The position numbers and the translations under genes were made by a program. From assembly GCA_964497515.1 (NCBI GenBank), contig CAZCCV010000009.1, positions 643 through 64,642 of the forward strand: 64,000 bases of DNA, written 5' to 3'. Origin of the DNA: an uncultured bacterium. Lineage in GTDB: Bacteria; Armatimonadota; UBA5829; DTLH01. The notes beneath the pieces were generated by a model that made no database searches, was not told the origin of the DNA, and worked only from the letters and a program-made list of their open reading frames with translations. This document shows, piece after piece, positions 60,771 to 64,000 of this stretch (the first letter of the stretch is position 1; each line of letters starts with the position of its first letter).

Positions 60771-61640
60771 TTGAAGTCGATAGGACTGATTATTAACCCC
60801 CAGAAAAAAGGGGCTTTGGAGCTTGGCGAGGAACTGTCAAACTGGCTAGGCTCGCGAGGCATAAAGACTCTTGTCGAAGATGAACCGGCTAAGCTGATGA
60901 ACAGGTCAGACCTGGCCGCCAAATCTGACGAAGTCTATTCCACGGATATGGTCGTCGTGTTAGGCGGCGACGGGACGATTCTGAGGGCTGCCCGAACCGC
61001 TGGGCCAAAAGGCACACCGATGTTAGGAGTGCACCTTGGCCAATATGGTTTCATCACTGAGATATATCCGCCGGACGCGAAAGATGCTCTGGAGCGGGTG
61101 TTAGAAGGTGACTACCAGATCAGCGAGCGAATGATGCTCCAAGCCAATCTGTATCGCGGCAGCGAAGTGATCTATAGCGCGGCTGCGCTCAACGATATTG
61201 TAGTCTCGAAGGGGCCATTCGCGCGACTGCTGAACCTGCACACTTTCGTAGATGAAAAACCCATTGCTGTCTATGCAGCCGACGGCATCATTGTATCGAG
61301 TCCCACGGGATCGACGGCATATTCGCTATCGGCAGGTGGACCGGTTATCAATCCAAATGTTGAGGTGATGATGATCATCCCCATCTGCCCGCACACACTG
61401 AATGCACGGTCGTTGGTGATACCCGACGAAGAAAGCGTGCAGATTGTAGGTGAGTGCAGCGATGATGAACACGAAATGATGCTGACAGTCGACGGTCAGT
61501 TAGGGTATAGTATGGAATGCTTCGATCGAGTCGACATTCGCCGCGCTGAGTATACGGCAAAAATCGTCTCTTGGAACCCCATGGGCTTTTACGACAAAAT
61601 CCAGCGGAGGCTGAAATGGGGAGAGAGGTTCAGCACGTAA
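60771..61640 (+). CDS. nadK: NAD kinase.
   Basis: GGDGT motif (VVVLGGDGTILRAA). NE/D and conserved C-terminal region. Confidence 0.9.
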   Translation: MKSIGLIINPQKKGALELGEELSNWLGSRGIKTLVEDEPAKLMNRSDLAAKSDEVYSTDMVVVLGGDGTILRAARTAGPKGTPMLGVHLGQYGFITEIYPPDAKDALERVLEGDYQISERMMLQANLYRGSEVIYSAAALNDIVVSKGPFARLLNLHTFVDEKPIAVYAADGIIVSSPTGSTAYSLSAGGPVINPNVEVMMIIPICPHTLNARSLVIPDEESVQIVGECSDDEHEMMLTVDGQLGYSMECFDRVDIRRAEYTAKIVSWNPMGFYDKIQRRLKWGERFST

Positions 61641-61670
61641 CTCTGGATTAGAGATTTCGGATTCCAGGAC

Positions 61671-63359
61671 ATGCTATCGCACATACAGATCAGGAACTTT
61701 GCGCTGATCGACGATCTCAGCCTGCAACTCGAAGAGGGTTTTAGCGTGCTTACAGGAGAGACAGGCGCAGGGAAATCCATCATAATTGACGCCATCACAG
61801 CGGTTCTTGGGGAACGGCTTTCGGCAGATATGATCCGCACTGGAGCCGATCGTGCGACTGTCGAAGCATCGTTCGACGTTTCAACTAATAGTGCCACGCA
61901 GGCAAAAGCTGCTGAACTAGGCATAGAAATAGAAGATGGGCAGATACTGATCTCACGCGAACTTTTCCAAGGCGGCAAAACACAGGGAAGAATCAACGGG
62001 CGACTGTCGACTATCTCTATGCTGAAAGACCTCACATCCGGGATGATCGACATACACGGTCAGCACGAGCACCAATCGCTCCTCTCTGTCGAACAACACC
62101 TCGAAATCATCGACCAATGGTGCGGAGAATCGGTGACGGAACTCAGAGGCAAAGTGAAGAATTTGCACACTGAGTTGCGGTCGCTGAACTCGGAGCTTGA
62201 ACAACTGAAGAGCGATGAGCGTGAGCGCGCGAGACTTCTTGATCTTTATGAGTTCCAGCGCACGGAAATCAGCAGTGCAAATCTGAGTCCGGGAGAAGAT
62301 GAAGAGCTCCTTCTGGTACGCTCCAGGCTGGCAAACGCGGAACGACTGCGCGAGCTTGCGTGCGGTGTGTACTCTGCAATAAACGGCAGTGAAGGTATTG
62401 AAGGCGGAGCTACCGATATGCTCTCTGCTGCTCTTGTGCAACTGAAGGCTATGGCCGAAGTTGATGAGTCGTTGGCAACTACAGTTCAGGATCTGGAAAC
62501 GGCCTTGTATGCTGCAGAGCAAGCACAATCGGCAGTGCTGACATATCGCGACAGAGTGGAATCCGACCCGTCAGAACTGGAAAGCGTCGAAGACAGGCTG
62601 GATCTGATTAGAACCTTAAAACGCAAGTATGGCGACACAATTGAGGAGATAATCCTCTACGGCAAAAACGTGGCTGCCAAGACGAACGACCTCACCCATA
62701 GCGAGGAGAGGGCTGCCGAGCTCCTTGAAAAGATCGAAAACGTTCAGGACAAAATGCTGGGATCTGCACGCAGGCTTTCTGATGAAAGAAAGGCCGGAGC
62801 GAGCAAGTTCGCTGAAGCGGTGAAAGAGCAGCTAAATGATCTTGCTATGGAAAACACCCAATTTGATGTATCATTTGAAGAAGTATCGCCCAGCGAAAAA
62901 GGTATAGACTCTGCTGAGTTCGTAATATCGCCAAACCCGGGGGAACCGCTGAAACCTTTGGCGAAGATAGCATCAGGTGGTGAGATATCTCGAGTAATGC
63001 TGGCGCTAAAGACTGTAATGGCCGGCGCTGACGCAGTTCCTACACTCATCTTCGATGAGATAGATACCGGAATCGGAGGAAGAACGGCGCAAGTGCTTGG
63101 GCAAAAGCTGCAGGCAGTAGCACAAACAGCACAGGTTCTTTGCGTGACTCATCTACCGCAGATAGCAAGCTGCGCGGACATCCACTATTCTGTAGAAAAG
63201 ACGGTCGAAAATGGAAGGACTGTAGTTCGAATCAACCGAATGGAAGGCGACGGAAGGGTTGAGGAGACCGCACGAATGTTGAGCGGTTCTGAACAGAGCG
63301 TAGCCGCAATCGAACACGCCAAGGATATGCTGGCTGCAGCCGGCCACTATACCCCATAG
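61671..63359 (+). CDS. recN: DNA repair protein RecN.
   Basis: MLSHIQIRNFALIDDLSL. Walker A GETGAGKS. Coiled-coil middle region. C-terminal signature. Confidence 0.95.
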   Translation: MLSHIQIRNFALIDDLSLQLEEGFSVLTGETGAGKSIIIDAITAVLGERLSADMIRTGADRATVEASFDVSTNSATQAKAAELGIEIEDGQILISRELFQGGKTQGRINGRLSTISMLKDLTSGMIDIHGQHEHQSLLSVEQHLEIIDQWCGESVTELRGKVKNLHTELRSLNSELEQLKSDERERARLLDLYEFQRTEISSANLSPGEDEELLLVRSRLANAERLRELACGVYSAINGSEGIEGGATDMLSAALVQLKAMAEVDESLATTVQDLETALYAAEQAQSAVLTYRDRVESDPSELESVEDRLDLIRTLKRKYGDTIEEIILYGKNVAAKTNDLTHSEERAAELLEKIENVQDKMLGSARRLSDERKAGASKFAEAVKEQLNDLAMENTQFDVSFEEVSPSEKGIDSAEFVISPNPGEPLKPLAKIASGGEISRVMLALKTVMAGADAVPTLIFDEIDTGIGGRTAQVLGQKLQAVAQTAQVLCVTHLPQIASCADIHYSVEKTVENGRTVVRINRMEGDGRVEETARMLSGSEQSVAAIEHAKDMLAAAGHYTP

Positions 63360-63368
63360 CCAACGATC

Positions 63369-64000
63369 TTGAATGTAACCGGCACCCTGAGACTTGATAA
63401 ACGGACAAAGAACCTAGCCACGCGATTGCGGCCTGGAGAGATCGCGCTCATCGACCACGATGACATCGATTCAGTAGCCGCACAGATGCTGATAGAGCGG
63501 CGCGTGGCTGCAGTAGTCAACGCCGGAAAATCCACTTCTGGCAGATATCCGAACCGCGGGCCACAGATGCTGCTTGAAGCTGGCATACCGATTCTCGATG
63601 CAGTTGGACGCGAAGTATTCGACCAACTCCACGAAGGAGATAGCGTAAGCGTCGTAGATGGTGAGATGCTATCGGATGGAATTGTCGTATGTGCCGGCAC
63701 TGAGCTTACAATTGAGCTTGCAAAGGAACTGCTGGAAGAGTCGAAGCTGAACCTGGACACTGAGCTTGAGAGCTTCGCTCAAAACACTCTAGCATACGTG
63801 GTAAATGAAAAGTCTATTCTGTTCGATGATACCAACCTGCCTGCTGTAGATACACGAATAGCCGGGCGGCACGTGCTGATTGTGGTGCGAGGCGAAGATT
63901 ATAAGGACGACCTTACAAGCCTTAGATCATACATACATGAAATGAAGCCGGTGCTGGTAGCAGTGGACGGAGGAGCTGATGCCCTTCTGGAAATGGGGCT
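63369..64000 (+). CDS. steA: SteA-like (thiamine-pyrophosphokinase-fold) putative cytokinetic protein. The 3' end is truncated by the window edge.
   Basis: The frame is open from the TTG at 63369, 10 nt after the recN stop, to the window end; it has no stop, so it is not in the ORF track. The predicted sequence LRPGEIALIDHDDID...AAVVNAGKSTSGRYPNRGPQMLLEAGIPILD matches actinobacterial SteA from memory. The recN-steA synteny is conserved in Actinobacteria. Confidence 0.5.
   Translation, partial: MNVTGTLRLDKRTKNLATRLRPGEIALIDHDDIDSVAAQMLIERRVAAVVNAGKSTSGRYPNRGPQMLLEAGIPILDAVGREVFDQLHEGDSVSVVDGEMLSDGIVVCAGTELTIELAKELLEESKLNLDTELESFAQNTLAYVVNEKSILFDDTNLPAVDTRIAGRHVLIVVRGEDYKDDLTSLRSYIHEMKPVLVAVDGGADALLEMG

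Overview
This 64 kb window looks like a single-chromosome bacterial segment (about 50-55 % GC) made up almost entirely of housekeeping operons. Gene order and protein signatures suggest a Terrabacteria-type lineage. The nadK-recN-steA synteny is actinobacterial-like. Two DUF1559 'prepilin-type N-terminal cleavage/methylation' proteins and a PEP-CTERM protein point towards Armatimonadota-, Planctomycetota- or Chloroflexota-like candidates.

Identified content:
- A 5'-truncated glycoside hydrolase at the window start.
- A four-gene minus-strand cluster at 1409-5837 (described below), with an orphan MsiK/MalK-type ABC ATPase upstream of it.
- Mfd (transcription-repair coupling factor).
- An isolated nuoA-nuoB-nuoCD mini-operon.
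- A transglutaminase-like protein.
- A complete F1Fo ATP synthase operon, atpZ-atpI-atpBEFHAGDC.
- Two divergent DUF1559 pseudopilin-like genes.
- An NDP-forming acyl-CoA synthetase.
- nrdR-nrdJ (class II ribonucleotide reductase).
- OsmC.
- A frameshifted M60/enhancin-like metallopeptidase.
- prfC (release factor 3).
- A PEP-CTERM protein behind a consensus sigma70 promoter and long leader.
- Alkaline phosphatase.
- An AbrB-like regulator followed by a TolC-MFP-RND efflux operon.
- A DapA-like aldolase, a redoxin, a DUF169 protein and a SIS-domain protein.
- The rpsB-tsf-pyrH-frr-uppS-dxr-rseP-ispG cluster.
- A GNAT, then ogt-DUF360-rapZ-yvcK-maf.
- A TPR protein.
- nadK-recN-steA, with steA 3'-truncated at the window end.

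No rRNA, tRNA, CRISPR array, transposase or integrase was recognised.

The most unusual element is the minus-strand cluster at 1409-5837. A 555-aa signal-peptide/TM protein ends in a cytoplasmic (Ala-Cys-His-Ser)n tail. It is translationally coupled to a PqqD-like-RRE radical SAM/SPASM maturase, and the pair is flanked by two hypothetical proteins. This is a candidate, apparently undescribed, protein-tail modification system. It resembles the ACGX-repeat peptide and HxsA systems, but the repeat sits on a large membrane protein rather than a small precursor.
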